Positions 48,232 to 61,917 of a DNA stretch of 64,000 nt are shown here, piece by piece. Each line of letters starts with the position of its first letter. Within the stretch, counting starts at the first letter, position 1. The notes under the pieces were generated by a model. It made no database searches, had not been told where the DNA came from, and saw only the letters and a program-made list of their open reading frames with translations. The stretch comes from Psammoneis japonica (lineage: Eukaryota). The stretch is from NCBI GenBank assembly GCA_008632985.1, contig QPGO01000135.1, positions 62,001 to 126,000 of the forward strand, written 5' to 3'. A program made the position numbers and the translations under genes.

Positions 48232-51200
48232 ATGGTTCTTGCTCGTCAGCAACAAACCGATGGTTTCGAGCACGTTGTTGGAACCGTGCTTGCCCAAGAT
48301 GCTGGAAGCCCTCTTCGTTTGGCTTTGACCCATGATGGCACGGACTCGCACCAAGAACTGTTTTTTCACGTTCATGCCTTCTCAAATCGACTCGCTCGAG
48401 TACGACAACGGCACCAATGTGATCCCATTGCCCCGAGGTTATAAGAACATGTTAGCAGCTCTAGTTAGTCTGCACATTGTCAAAGCACACAAAGGCCTTG
48501 ATGTTGCCAATGACTCCTCATTGTTCACGCATGATGAGTTCCTTGCCTGCCGCCTCAGTCCCGACTGCATGTCTTCTGTGTCTGTCGGCAGCTCACCTCT
48601 TGCACCTCCGCATGTCACCAACCCAACCAAGGCACGCGACCCAGTGCGAGATTTCAAGTGAGGCATCAAGCGTGATCCCACTGCTTTCACGGCTCTCAAA
48701 TCTGACAAGCAGTGGCACACTTGGCACACCTCACTTGTGGCACAAGCCCGTGCCCAAGACGTCGAGTGCATTCTAGACTCATCGTACAAACTGACCAGCC
48801 CCGAAGACAAACTGCTCTTTGCTGAACAGCAAAAGTGCATGTTCGCCGTCTTCGAACGCATCCTTCTCACTGACAAGGGCAAAGCTTTCATTCGCGAAAA
48901 TGTGGGGTCTTCTGATGCCCAGACCATCTGCCGCGCCTTGTCTGAGTGTGCACTCGCCTCCACCAGTGCATCTGTCGAGTCCTCCACCTTGCTCACGCAC
49001 CTCACCACCGCATGCCTTGGTGATGGCACTTGGAAAGGTCCGACCCACGGGTTCATCCTTCATTGGCAGGATCAGTTGCGCAAGCACGAGGCACTCATCC
49101 TGGCCAGTGACCACTTCTCTGAAGGACAGAAGCGTGTCATGCTCGAGAATGCCGCACATCCTGTTGAGGAACTCCGCGCTGTCAAGAAACAAGCGGATCA
49201 ACATCGCACGCAGAGTGGCAAGAGCCTCACATGCAATCAACATTGTGGCTTGCTCCTCTCTGCGGCAGCTCAATGCGACAGCACGTTTCAACCCAAGACG
49301 ACCCCTCCAGCTCCTTGCTGTGCCACACACGCACACGACGTCTGCTCCGAGGAACCATCCGACGATGTGTTCTATGACATCGATGGCGACATTGACATCC
49401 TTCAGGCCAACGCTGCCTGCACCCGCGGTCCCAGCCTCACCGGCGACCAATGGAAACGTCTCCCTCCCAACCACCAACGGATTTGGGATTCGTTGCCCCA
49501 TTCCTCCAAGGCGATCATCCTTGAGCATTCTCGTCCGCCTCCTCACAACCCACGAGCCGGCAACTGGCACGAGTCCATTGTGGTCAACCTTCACGACCGA
49601 CGACTTGGGAGTGATGGTGATGTCAACTTGTCCGCCACGACTCTTGCTGACTCTGGTGATCCCACCCCGACTGGGGATGCCACTTCAGACAATCCCATTC
49701 TGGCGCATCTCACCAAGCGCAGGCCACTGCCACCCGGTGATCTGCAATGCCCATTGTCCCCTAACCAAGCCCCCAAAGCTGGTCGACCGGGCCCATCCGC
49801 CGCTCCCTCTGCCTCGCCCACTCCTCCAGACGACATGGAACTTGATGGCCGCACTTGCCGCTGCGTCAACAACCACAATGTCATTTGTTCTGCCTCCGCT
49901 CATCGCTCCACACGCACTGGTGCTCTAGTCGATCGTGGAGCCAACGGCGGCATTGCTGGCGACGACGTTCGCGTCATTGCACGCACCTCTTGCCAAGTCG
50001 ACGTTCAGGGCATTGACGACCATCAATTGGTGGACATCCCCATTGTCACCGCTGGTGCGGTCATAGAGACACAGCGTGGTCCCGTCATTGCCATCCTCCA
50101 TCAGCACGCACACACGGGAAAGGGCAAGACCATTCATTCCTGTGGCCAGCTCGAATGGTGCAAACACGATGTCAACGATCGCTCTGTCAAGGTGCCCAAC
50201 GGCTTGCAGTGTGTCGCCACACCTGATGGCCATGTCATCCCAATTGACATCAAGGGTGGCTTGCCTTGTGTTGCCATGCGGCCCTGCACTGACGATGAAT
50301 GGGACACCCTGCCACATGTCATCCTCACCGGCGATGACACATGGGACCCTTCCGTCCTCGATCACTCTATCACTGACGACGACCAGTGGTACGACGCGAT
50401 CTCGGACCCACAGGACGATCCCACTGCCAACCCATTTGACGAGTGCGGCAACTACCGTCACCGTGTCGTTGTCAACAAGGCCATCATGTCCGCCTCCTTG
50501 TCTGCCGATCACGCGTCCGCCCTCGATGACCACCTCATTCCGAATGAAGACGTCTTCTACGAGTGTCATCTACATGCGATTGACCCCAAGGACGGCGACG
50601 TTCCGCCTCCGGAGCGCAATGTGCAGCCCACGGACCCCCCCTGCGAGTCTCTTCGGCCCTGCTTTGGTTTCCAACCTGCGACACGGTTGTCGTACTTTCG
50701 ACTGCACCACGCAATGCGCCCGCATGCCCGCCGGTATGCACCTTAAGAAGGCCTACAAATCACCCAACCCCGCCCTTAATGTGCACTGCTGCAACGAGCC
50801 TGTCGCCACTGACACCGTTTGTGCCGACACCCCGGCCATTGACTCTGGTTGCACCAGTGCCCAACTGTTTGTTGGTGCCAAGTCTACTGTCACTGATGTC
50901 TACGGCACCAAAACGGACAAAGAGTTTGTCAACACACTCGAGGATCAGATCCGTGAGTGTGGTGCTCCATCCAAACTCATTGGCAACCGTGCTCAAGTTG
51001 AGATCAGCAACAAGGTGCTCGGGATTCTATGAGCCCTCTTTGTCTCCAGCTGGCAAAGCGAGCCTCACCAGCAACACCAAAACTTTGCCGAACGTCGATG
51101 CCAGACCGTGAAGTGCATGGCAAACACCGTCATGGACCGTTTCGGTTTGCCTGCCCACACATGGCTGCTGGCGCTCATGTGCGTGTGCTTCATGCTCAAC

Positions 51201-53496
51201 CATGCAGCATCCCCACATCTCCACTGGCGCATGCCCCTCGAGACTCTCACTGGCTCCACCCCAGACATCAGCCCATTGCTTCACTTTCACTGGTGGGAAC
51301 CCGTGTGCTTCCACCTCGATGACTCCGATTGGCCGTCCGAATCCCGTGAGTTGCGTGGACACTTTGTTGGGATTGCTGAGCAAGTCGGCCACCAGATGAC
51401 CTTTAAGATTCTTTCTGACGACACTCAGAAGATCCTCTGCCGGTCCAATGTACGTTCCGCTGCTGCCGATCCTTCCGTTCGCAACCTGCATCTTGATCCT
51501 CCTGATGGGGAGCCACCTGAACCCATCATCAAATCTCGCCATGACGACAACCCCGTCGATTCACCTGATGGGGAGATCAGGACACCCAAGATGCCAGTTT
51601 TTGATCCGCAAGACATCATCGGACGCACCTTCCTCATGCAGCCACAAGAGGACGGACAACGCCACAGAGCTCGCATCGTCAAGGCAATCGAAGATCACGA
51701 CTGGAAAGTGAATGGCAACCCCAAGCTCACTAAGTTCATCTGCTCTGTCAACAATGACGAATGCGAGGAAGTCCTTGCCTGCACCTCGCTGCAAGTGTGG
51801 ATGCGAAGTTCCCCGGAACTACAAACACGCCATGTCACCAGACAAATGCAACGGCAACCGCAAATGGGGAGATGCAACTAATCTCGAGATGGACCAACTC
51901 GATGAATGCGAAGTCTTTCATGACTGCGGGCCCTCTGAGTCTTCCACTCCTCCTGCGGGACACAAGAAGATCCGAGTGCACCTGGTGTGCGACGTGAAAC
52001 ACGACGGCCGCCACAAGGCACGACTTGTAGCCGATGGACACCTCACAGACGCACCTGTTGACAGTGTCCACTCCGGAGCAGTCTCCCTTTGTGGCCTTCG
52101 GCTGATGATTTTCCTGGCCAAACTCAATGAGTTGGAGACATGGGCCACCGACATTGGCAATGCCCACCTTGAAGCCACCACCAAGGAGAAGCTGTACATT
52201 GCAGCTGGACCCGAATTTGGCAAACTCGAAGGCCACATTCTTGTCATCCACAAGGCCCTGTGTGGACTGCGCAGCTCCGGCCTCCACTGGCATGAGCGCT
52301 TCGCCAACTGCCTGCGAGCTGAAGGTTTCTTCCCCTGCCGTGCCAAACCCGACATTTGGATGTGCAGGAACGGCGACCACTGCGAATGTGTTGCCGTTTG
52401 TGTGGATGACCTCGCCATTGCCATGAAGGACCCTCAATCTTTCGTCGATGCTCTCACGGAAAAGTGCAAGTTTAAGCTCAAGGGTGCGGGACCGATTGAG
52501 TTCCATCTAGGCTGCGACTTTTCCCGGGATCCTGACAGCACCTTGTGCCTGTCTCCGCGCAAGTGCATCGAACGCATGGTTGACAGCTGCACACGACTGT
52601 TTGGAGAGAAACCTGCCACCAACGCCCTGTCCCCTCTGGAGAAGGGTGACCACCCCGAACTGGACACTTCCGAACTGCTGGGGCCCGATGGCATTCAACA
52701 GTTCCAGTCTCTTGTTGGTTCCCTCCAATGGGCAGTGTCCTTTGGTCAAATTGACGTTGCCACGGCCGTCATGTCACTCTCTAGCTTCCGAGCTGTGCCC
52801 CGTCAAGGCCACTTGGATCATGCCAAATGTGTCTGTGGGCACCTCTCCAAGATGCGACACGGCTCTCTCCGCGTTCGCACGGAAGAACCCAACTGTTTGG
52901 ATCTCCCTGCACCGGCCCATGAATGGATGCATTCCGTGTGCGGCAAAGCAGAGGAGATGATCCCAAAGGACGCTCCACCGCCCCTTGGCAAGTTTGTCAC
53001 TGCCACCCACTACGTCCATGCAAACTTGCATCATTGCATGCTCACCGGACGCTCTGTCATGGGAATGCTCCACTTCCTCAACAAATTCCCGGCTGATTGG
53101 TTCTCTAAGAAGCAAGCCACCGTGGAGACTGCGACCTGCGGGTCTGAATTTGTTGCCGCAAGGACTTGTGTCGAACAGATTGTTGACCTGTGCATCACCC
53201 TGCGCCACCTTGGCGTCCCGATCCGTGACATTGGTTGCATGTTTGGTGACAACAAGTTGGTTGTAGACAGTGCCACCATCCCGCACTCCAAGTTACACAA
53301 GCGACACACCGCACTGTCGTTCCACCGTGTGTGTGAGGCAATTGCCTCTGGTTGCCTTGAGCTCCACTTCATCGAAGGCTCCCGCAACCCTGCTGACATT
53401 CTCAGCAACATTGGGGTCACTCCCAAGTGTGGGACCTTCTCCGCCCCCTCATGTTCTGGAACTTCATTCCATCCAAAGTCGAATCTGTTTCTGTGA
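48232..53496 (+). pseudogene. pol: gag-pol of copia C (multiple stops and frameshifts)
   Basis: LVDRGANGG protease; VATDT, SEPHQQHQNFAERRC integrase; HKARLVADG, DIGNAHL, VAVCVDDL RT; TCGSEF, GDNK, NPADILS RNase H. Confidence 0.93.
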
Positions 53497-53517
53497 CTCC
53501 TCAAGCAAACTGGGGAG

Positions 53518-53795
53518 TGACAGGATTTGAGCAGGATTTAGGTGCGCACGACACGTCGCGCGCTGTTTAGTTTGCCGCGCACAGTTTTGTGTGCTCTTTA
53601 GTTCCGCGCGTGCATGCGCGATGTAGTTTGCTTTCAAGCCACATGGCTCACAAGAATGACAACAGTGGCCCCATTGTGCCAACTTGCACGTCTTTTGGCT
53701 CCTGCAACGGTCTCTGAGCGGAGACTCATCTGCTGTTTAGACAGCAGCAAGGAGTTGTTGTTTGAATTCTTGCCATTTGCCTTCAATTTCTGTCA
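53518..53795 (+). repeat. 3' LTR of copia C
   Basis: Direct repeat of 47019-47296, preceded by the PPT. Confidence 0.95.
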
Positions 53796-55912
53796 AGCTG
53801 CAATGTCATGCTTGAACAGGAGATTGGGGAGATCACATCCAAACCCCTTGCCGTCATCACCAAGGACAATCCCGTCACATGTGCCATCTGCCCACATTGG
53901 CATGGCCTCCTTGAAACCGAAGGATGGAGGCATTTTTGCAAGATGGCCCCATGTCAGAAGAAGATGTTCCGCATGGCCAACCAAGCCAAGTTGCGCTCCT
54001 TTCGCACTGCGCCACGATGCAAGTGCAGGTGTGAAGTGCCACGGGACTGGAAGCATGCCTTGGCCCTCGATGAGCGCAACGGCAGCTGCAATTGGGGAGA
54101 TGCAACGGACCTCAAGATGACTCAGCTTGATGAGCACGAGGTCTTCCACGACTGCGGACATTGCAAAGACTCCAGTTCCCCACTGCGACACAAGAAGATC
54201 TGGGTGCATCTTGTCTGTGACGTCAAACATGATGGACGGCACAAAGCAAGGCTTGTTGCCGATGGACACCTCACAGACGTGCCCGTCAACAGTGTCTGTT
54301 CCGGAGCAGTGTCTCTTTGCGGCCTGTGAATGATGATCTTCCTGGCTGAACTCAACAAACTGGAGACTTGGGCCACCAACATTGGGAACACCTGTCTTGA
54401 AGCTGCGGCCAAGGAGAAATTGTGCATTGCAGCAGGCCCTGAATCTGGCAAGCTGGAAGGACACATCCTTGTCATCCACAAGGCCTTGTGCAGACTCCAC
54501 AGCTCTGGCCTCAGATGGCATGAACGATTTGCCGATTGCTTGCGTGCTGAAGGCTTCTTCCCATGCAAAGCCAAACCCGACATCTGGCTGTGCAGGAATG
54601 GTCCATTTGCAATGTGGGATGAGCAAGAGGTGGCATGCCATCCAACCCAGATGCACGAGCTTCTGCAGCTGTTGGGCTTCTCAGAATTGTCCGTCAGCCC
54701 GCTGGGTTGGCCACCTCAGCAAATTTTTGTGCAAGGGCTCCAACGAACACTGGCAATTGCAGCAACTGCCCATGTGATCACTGTTTTGTTTCATGCCAAG
54801 GCACCATTGCACCATGCTGTCCCAGTTGACCCAGGACAACAGAGCATCAACGCCGCTGTTCCCACTCCGGCTGCACTCACATTGGTGCCCACACCACTTG
54901 ACTCAGCAACAATGTTGTTTCTTCCATCGGATTGTGTGCTTGCCAGCTGCACCTTGTACAAAGCACATGTGCAACTTTGCTTGCTGCCATGCAATGAACC
55001 ATGGTCAGTGATCTTTTGGATTTTTGGTCTCCTGGCAGCATGCCATCAATGCAGGTGACATCAAAATCCTTGCATGTCTGGATGGCATGACAAGTGTTGC
55101 CCTCATGGGCTGCTTCTAAAAAATTGTTTTTGTGGAAGAGGCAGCACGTGTGGTGACAGCAAAGTTCTCTGTGGCGGTGGGGTTGCCCCGGTTGATTGTG
55201 GCAGATGTGGGCTCACTCTTTGCGGGCATCTTCGCCCAGCTGTTCGAAATCATCCAAGTTCCAGTGTTGCCAGTGCTGCAAGAAAATCATCGGGTGGCAT
55301 GCAATGAGCAGCTCCACTGACATTTAAACAAGGTGGTGTGCGTCAATGTGGCCAACACATCGTCAATGGCATTGTGGAAGCAAGCAGTGCATTTCAACTT
55401 GTGTGCCTGGGGTGCATCACCAACCCACATGACGGATCTGCCAGGATCAAATTGCGAGTGAGTTGAGGCTCAATTGTTGGTGCTGACAGATTGAGTCTTC
55501 TTGTGCCGCACTGCAGCCTCCATCAAGCATCTTCATTGTTTTGGCAGATGCCTCAGTCTGCGTCAAATGCTGCGGTCCTCATCATGACATTTAATTTCCC
55601 GCAAGGTTGAAAAAAGTGGGCCGTCATGGTCGCTGAAAGCCGCGGCCATTTTGGCTGTTTGTTGGTTCACATTTGCTCTGTTTGTTTTGCTCAAAAGCCA
55701 TTGATGTGATCATTTTTTAACAAAATGTCAACAATGTTGAACAAGGCACAAAACACTCATTTTTTGTGAAAAACGGGCATGAGCGTGCCACCCAAAAAGT
55801 CTGGAACAAGTCCGGTGGCATGGACACAAGATTTCTCTGAATGCATTCAGAGCTTGCAGAGGCACCGCTCAAGCGATGGTCAGGGTTCCTCCCCCAAGGC
55901 AGTTGGAAGAAA

Positions 55913-56226
55913 GATGGCCTCCAGTCCTGGGTGGGACTCTGTGTGACATTTCACCTGTGGAGTTCTGCGTGCCAGCTCCGCAGCAAGTTTGCCAAGCAAT
56001 GAAAATGCAAATGACCGCCAACAAAAAAAGAGGCAATTTTGCGAACGTGTCTCCTCCTTCACACTTGGAGCACATCATCAACAGCTTGCCTGGGTGCACT
56101 CTGCAGATGCCAAAGAACACATCCAGTGCACACAGAAATGTGCACATGCGACATGCAACACAATCCAAAAAACCATTGATGTCACAGTGCAGCAGCGCAA
56201 GGTCACACCTGCAGCTGGAGCAGGTT
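55913..56226. mobile_element. MITE
   Basis: Degenerate TIRs; TSD GAAA. Confidence 0.8.
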
Positions 56227-57700
56227 GAAAGCAGAGCCTGATGCGGAGCAGGCATTTGTTCCCATGGAAAGCATGTGGAGCGATGATCCTCCAGACAACA
56301 GCTTGGAAGAATCCAGCAACAAAGAAGAGCCACAAACCCAGCAGGATGACAAACGAGATACAGAAGAGCAGGTCATGGATGACCTGGACAGCAAATCTGA
56401 TGACAAGCTTCCCGGCAACAACGAGGCCGCTCCCCTCTGTCATCTCATGCAGCGCACCTGTCTGCAGCGGCGGTCTTCTGCAAACTTTACAAGCTGACAG
56501 CTGGCTTGATGACCAAGATGTTCTTTGTGGCTTGTCAACCAAAAGAAGCCATGTCACCAGCTCTGCGAATGGCACAAGCATGTTGGCCTGAGTCCAACCC
56601 ACACCACGCAACCAACCATGGAACACACACCATTCAGTGGTGGCGCCAACACTTCCAAGATGTGTGCGCCAAGTCTGTGATTGGCAGTCGACTTTGGCCG
56701 AGTGCAACAAAGCAACAAGCTGAAACAGGCACCCCCACCGTGGCTGCCGATGATGCCGCTTTCCCGCGTCTGCAGGCTGTCCACACCGATGCTGATCCTG
56801 CAGAAGCATGTGTTGGAAAATGCAGCTCCCAGTGCAAGACCTGTGACAGGTTGCAGGAGTGACCCACACAACTGGACTGGCGTGGCTGGCCATCGTGCAA
56901 GCAACTCACCTTGCATGAAGGGTCTGCACAGGATGCAAACAGTGCCAAGCATGAGCCTGCAAATTGGCTCCTCAAGGCTGTCTTTCAGATGTGGTTTGAC
57001 CACAGCAACCCAACTCATGATCAGCAACGAAGCCAGCAACAACTCTTCTGTTGCTTCAGACTTGCCAGCTCCTCTCTGAAGTGTTTTCCTTGCTTTGCTG
57101 CATTCTCCATCTGCGCCTTTCACAGTGCACTTCATTTTTGCATTTTGTTTCTCTCTTTCAGTTTTGCAAACATTCGCCGAAGTTCACTTTGTGCTTGAGC
57201 TGAGTTCTGCACTTTGCCCATTTTCCATTTCCCTTCTTAGCTTTGCTTTCACTTCAGCCTTGCCTTTGGGCCTTTGCCTGCTGTCCACTGCCCGAACCCT
57301 GTCAAATTGACACACAAGCATGCTGCCTGAGCCGACTCTCATGCAAAGACTCCAGCAAATGCCAGCAATTGCAGCGGTTGCCCATGTGACCACTGCTTTG
57401 TTTCTTGCCAAAACCATCGCACCACACTGTCCCAGTTGATCCAGGACAGCAGAACACCAACGCTGCCATTCCCACCCCGGCCTCAATCACTTCCGCCACT
57501 TCAGGCTTTTCATCTGCCCAGATGACTTCATTGGGGCATTGCAAGTCTCCTGCAGGTGCACAGAAAACACAATGTTCAGCGCTGAAGAAAAAGAGTGATG
57601 ATGTTGCTTTGCTTCTTTGATTGTGCCCGCTTGATCAACATGAAGCTTGGGCGCATTGCTTTGTGCGCCACTTGTCTTCCATGTCTTGCAATCTTCAGAA

Positions 57701-58096
57701 GATGGGTTCCAATCCCAGGTGGGACTTTTTGTGACATTGGGCGCATAGAATTCTGCGTGTGAGCTCCGCAGTAAAATTGTTGAGCAATGAAAATGTGAAT
57801 GATCGCTGACAGAAATAGAGGCAATTTTACGAACGCATCTCCTCCTCCAAATTTGAAGCACGTCATTTGTGGTTTGCCCGGGTGTGTTCTTCAGACATTA
57901 AAGAATGTGCCCAGTGCATTTTTGTTGTCACAAATGTAGAAAACAGAAAGCCTTTGGCTTCACAAAAGAGGCAGTGTGGAACAATTTTTTACAATGGAAC
58001 ACGCAGAAATGTGCGTGCAAAACATGCAAGGGATGACAAAAAACAATCATGTCACAGTCCAGCAGTGCGAGGTCCCACCTGGAGCTGGAACGCGTC
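57701..58096. mobile_element. MITE
   Basis: TIR family; TSD AGAA. Confidence 0.9.
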
Positions 58097-58955
58097 AGAA
58101 CACTTGCTTCTTGCCAAAGGAGCTGTTGGAGATCCAGTGGAAAGCAATGCGCATGATTGTCGTGAAGTGTGGGTGCAATCGCAGTGCAAAACGTGGTGCA
58201 CCATTCAGCCCGTGTACTCTTGGTGGAGGTGGCTTTTGTTTGTTGGATGTGGAGCAGGGCACATCCCAATGCATGCAGTTTCTCCAACACTGGTGCGGCT
58301 GTGGTCAGCCTCATGTTCTGTCATGCATTGCAGTGGCATGGGCGCAGCTTCAACTGGGCACAGGCATCAGCTTCTTGCAGGATGTTCAGCCCAAACTGCC
58401 TCACTCCGAGTCCAAATGGCTGGTGTCTTTGCAATCATTTTTGGCTCGAATCAACGCCTTGTTTGCCTTGGACAATGTGGTCAGCCTCATGTTCTGTCAT
58501 GCATTGCAGTGGCATGGGTGCAGTTTCAGTTGGGCACAGGTGTCAGCTTCTTGCAGGATGTTCAGCCCAAACTGCCTCACTCTGAGTCCAAATGGCCCAT
58601 GTCTTTGCGATCATTTTTGGCTGGAATCAATGCCTTGTTTGACTTGGACAATGTGGGTGTTTTGCCTCTTCAATGTGATGATCAGCGCATCATGGATGTC
58701 GTCCTCAAGTCTGGCAAATTTTCTGACAAGGAGATCCGGTGGACAAACTGCTGTCGATTGCACCTCAATGTGCTTGTGGTTTCTGATGTCACTCTCCCCC
58801 GATGGTCAATCCCCAGACGACTTCAAATTGGCAGGTGAGCCATTGCTTTTCAGCTGTTGTTCGTAACTCAACCCAGTGGAGCAGCAATTCCCGTCTGCTC
58901 GGGTGTGGAAGCAGTGGCATCGTGCGTGTGCACTCTTGTGCGAGGATGACTCTTC

Positions 58956-59403
58956 TGCAATGTGCAGCCACCAATGAGAGTCAATGCATCACGGCGACGT
59001 GTTGCAGCCTTTAAATGTCACAAAGGGCATGACAAAAATGACCTTTTGTCTGCATGCATGCTGCACCATGAATTCACAGCAGAGTGGTTCATCGCAACCA
59101 TTGGGCAGGAGGCCAGGGGTTCGAAACCCTGAGTGGGAGTTGTCTGCAGCAACGTTGATCACTGTCGAACGTGCAAAACTCTGTGCAGTTCTGTGTGTTC
59201 CTTCAACACGCACCCACACTGTTCTGCCAAAACCGTGCAGTGTCAGCACACGCCAGCAAAGAGCCGCATGGACGCGTGGCACATGGGGAGGAGTGCAGTG
59301 CGCAGCTGCCAATGAGAGCCAGCGCATCACGGCGACGTGTCACAGCCTTTAAATGTCACAAAGGGCGTGACAAAAACAACCTTTTGTCTGCATGCATGCT
59401 GCA
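58956..59403 (+). mobile_element. TRIM with internal tRNA-like sequence
   Basis: ~110-bp LTRs; PPT ggggaggag; TSD CTTC; empty site at 33068-33085. Confidence 0.92.
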
Positions 59404-60084
59404 CTTCTGAACTGAAATGTCCTTTGGGACAATGGGTCACCAAAATGCACGTGTTGTTCCCAGCTTGTTTCAAACCAAGTGAACAGTTCTTGTGCATTTG
59501 ATCAGATCTCGGCTGTGGTGTCTGTTCAATCAAGGACGGATGCACGGAATCCTTGTGCCAATTCGAGGCCATTCCAGATTTGCATCCATCGGCATCTCCC
59601 ATCATGGTTGACACTGACAACAATGGCAGATGGCATCTGCAGTCTTCCTTCTCCCTTGTCTCCATCCCTCCTGCCCTTCCCTTCTCTGGCAAATTTGTTG
59701 AGTGGGTCCAGTCTTTGCCCAAATGGGAACCTGCCTTGTTTTGTAATCTGACATTGCATGTTTTGGTGTTTGAACTGGCGGAGTCATTGTCGCAGGTTCG
59801 TGTGATGGTTGGAAGTGATGGCTCAGTGGTGCAGCACAACGGCACCTTTGGTTGGACGTCAGCTGTTGGCGGGGTCTTTCTGGTGGATTGTGCTGGTCCA
59901 GCATTTGGATTTCGCCCTTCGTCTTGCTGCGCAGAAGTGCGCAGCTTCCTTTTGGTGGTGTGATTCCTCCTTCATGTGATGGAATTCTGTGACCAGATCT
60001 TCCCACTTGACGTTGATTGTCACTGTGACAACTCTTCCTTGGTGCACTACATCAAGAACTTTGAGGCCTTGCCCCCACATCCTG

Positions 60085-60473
60085 GATGTGTTCCAGGTCC
60101 AGGTGGGACCTCGCACTGCTGAACTGTGACATCGACAGTTTTTTGAATTGCGTTGCATGTCGCGCACGTGCATTTCCACATGATTTTGGCAAAATTTTGC
60201 ATCATTTCACAGTGCAATCAACAGGCAATCCATTCAACAACTTTTAACATTTTTTTCTTCTGTGCCGTTCTTGAGTGTCTTAAGAATGGCACAGGGCAGG
60301 CGCATTGTCCAAAACTTCAAGCACCAACAGAGACATGTGCAGTGCAAACTTGGCCGATTCATTTTGTGTCAAAGACAAACATGTCCATTGACCAGAGTAC
60401 GAACTGCAGAGCTCGCACGTGGAATTCTGTGGGGCAAATGTCACAAAAGGCCCACATGGGGCTGGAGCCCGTC
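60085..60473. mobile_element. MITE
   Basis: TIR family; TSD CCTG. Confidence 0.88.
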
Positions 60474-60898
60474 CCTGACAATGTTTCCAACACCTTGGCT
60501 CCTGATTGGGATGTCCTCCATGAAATTTTGGTCTCCATGAAGCAGGCGCATGACCTGCAAAACAACGGATTGTCTGGCACACCAGCACAACTCACCTGGG
60601 TTAAAGGGCATCAAGACGATGCCATCCCATGCAAAAACTCATCCCTTCCTGCCAAACTGAACGTTCGTGCAGATGAGTTGGCCACCCGATTCCAAGGCAT
60701 GCACGATGGTGACACCTCTGCTGTTCCTTGCATGCCCAACTGCCCTGCACTGCTGAACATTGGAGAGGGCTCCCTTGCCTCCAAATTCAAGACAGTCCTT
60801 TGATGCAAAGCATCCAGCCCAGCCCTTGTGCAGCATGTGAAAGACAAGTGCGGGTGGACCGAAGCTGTGTTTCAGTCGATTGATTGGCAAGTGCATTT

Positions 60899-61288
60899 GA
60901 TGGGTTCCAGTCCCAGGTGGGACTCCGTGTGACATTGGGCCCACAGAATTCTGCGTGCAAGCTCCGCAGTGCGAGAATTTAACCAACGGACACATTTGTC
61001 TTCAACATCAAATAAACGGCCAAGTTTGTGGTGCAATTGTGCCTCTTGCCACTCGACATTTTTGCAAATGCGCCTGCCCTGCGCGATTCTTAAGACATTG
61101 TAGAATCGCGCTGTAACAAAAAATGTCAAAAGTTGTTGGATGGATCGCTCAATGAGTGCACCACAAAATGACACAAAATTTCACAAAAGTCTTGTACAAT
61201 TCTACGTGTGCAACATGCGGTGCGATCCAAAAAACTGTCGATGTCACAGTTCAGCAGCACGAGGTCCCACCTGGAGCTGGAACGCATC
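60899..61288. mobile_element. MITE
   Basis: TIR family; TSD ATTT. Confidence 0.9.
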
Positions 61289-61917
61289 ATTTGAAGCTCA
61301 TGTCTCTGAACATTGGGCACCAGGTGAGCACCATCAAATTGGTTCAGGATCTTCTTCCGATGAATGAAATTGTGCACTGGTGCAATCCCACATGTCCCCA
61401 TTGTTGTGTTCGTTGTCAACACAATTCAGAGGATCAAGATCACATCCTTCATTGCCCTCACAATGAGGCTTGGAGATGCAAATTTCTGCAAGGTTTTGGG
61501 AGGAAATGCAATGATGTCAACACTTCTCCGGCTTTGCGGGACATGCTCCTGTGCTCTTTAGAAGGATGGTTTTGAGAGGAAATGCCACACATTGAGGAAA
61601 TCCATGCAGCGCTCAATCAGCATTTCACTCTCAAGAAAGCATCGGTTGGAGACACTTTTTTAGTGGTGGGTTTTCCACTTCATGGAATGCAACACAGCGG
61701 TCACACCTGTTGGCTGCCAGTGTTTTTTCACTCCTTGTCAGATGGGGAGAAGCGACTTGACTGGGTGGCGACTGTCGGTGGTTTTGTGTGGTCACAGTGG
61801 TGGGAATTGTGGGACTTGCACAATGAAGCCGTGCATGGGCATGACTCGGAAACACGGAAATCTTTACAACAACGAGGTGCAGAAGCTGCCGTGTGGGAAA
61901 TGTTTTCCAAGGCGGAT

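Larger units (their letters stand above)
47019..53795 (+). mobile_element. LTR-to-LTR CoDi-like Ty1/copia (copia C) nested in copia B
   Basis: 278-bp LTRs 47019-47296 and 53518-53795; PPT ggggag; 5-bp TSD AGCCA/AGCTG. Confidence 0.95.
40719..54600 (+). mobile_element. Fragmented CoDi-like copia (copia B, copy 2), host of MITEs, solo LTR, TRIM and copia C
   Basis: 5' LTR 40719-40963 at the same gtcattgc junction as 10174; gag, IN and RT remnants colinear with copy 1; resumes at 53801. Confidence 0.88.

Noticed and set aside
47019..53795. Classical RIP or APOBEC-type C>T hypermutation
   Set aside because: RIP would raise TpA and add TAA/TAG stops; the opposite is seen, and C>T cannot give Tyr>Cys/His.
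58303..58655. About 177-bp tandem duplication in the LINE as a distinct element
   Set aside because: A simple local duplication of decayed coding sequence with no terminal features.
59070..59142. Functional tRNA gene
   Set aside because: A- and B-boxes are present but I could not fold a proper acceptor or anticodon arm, and it occurs only as part of the TRIM.
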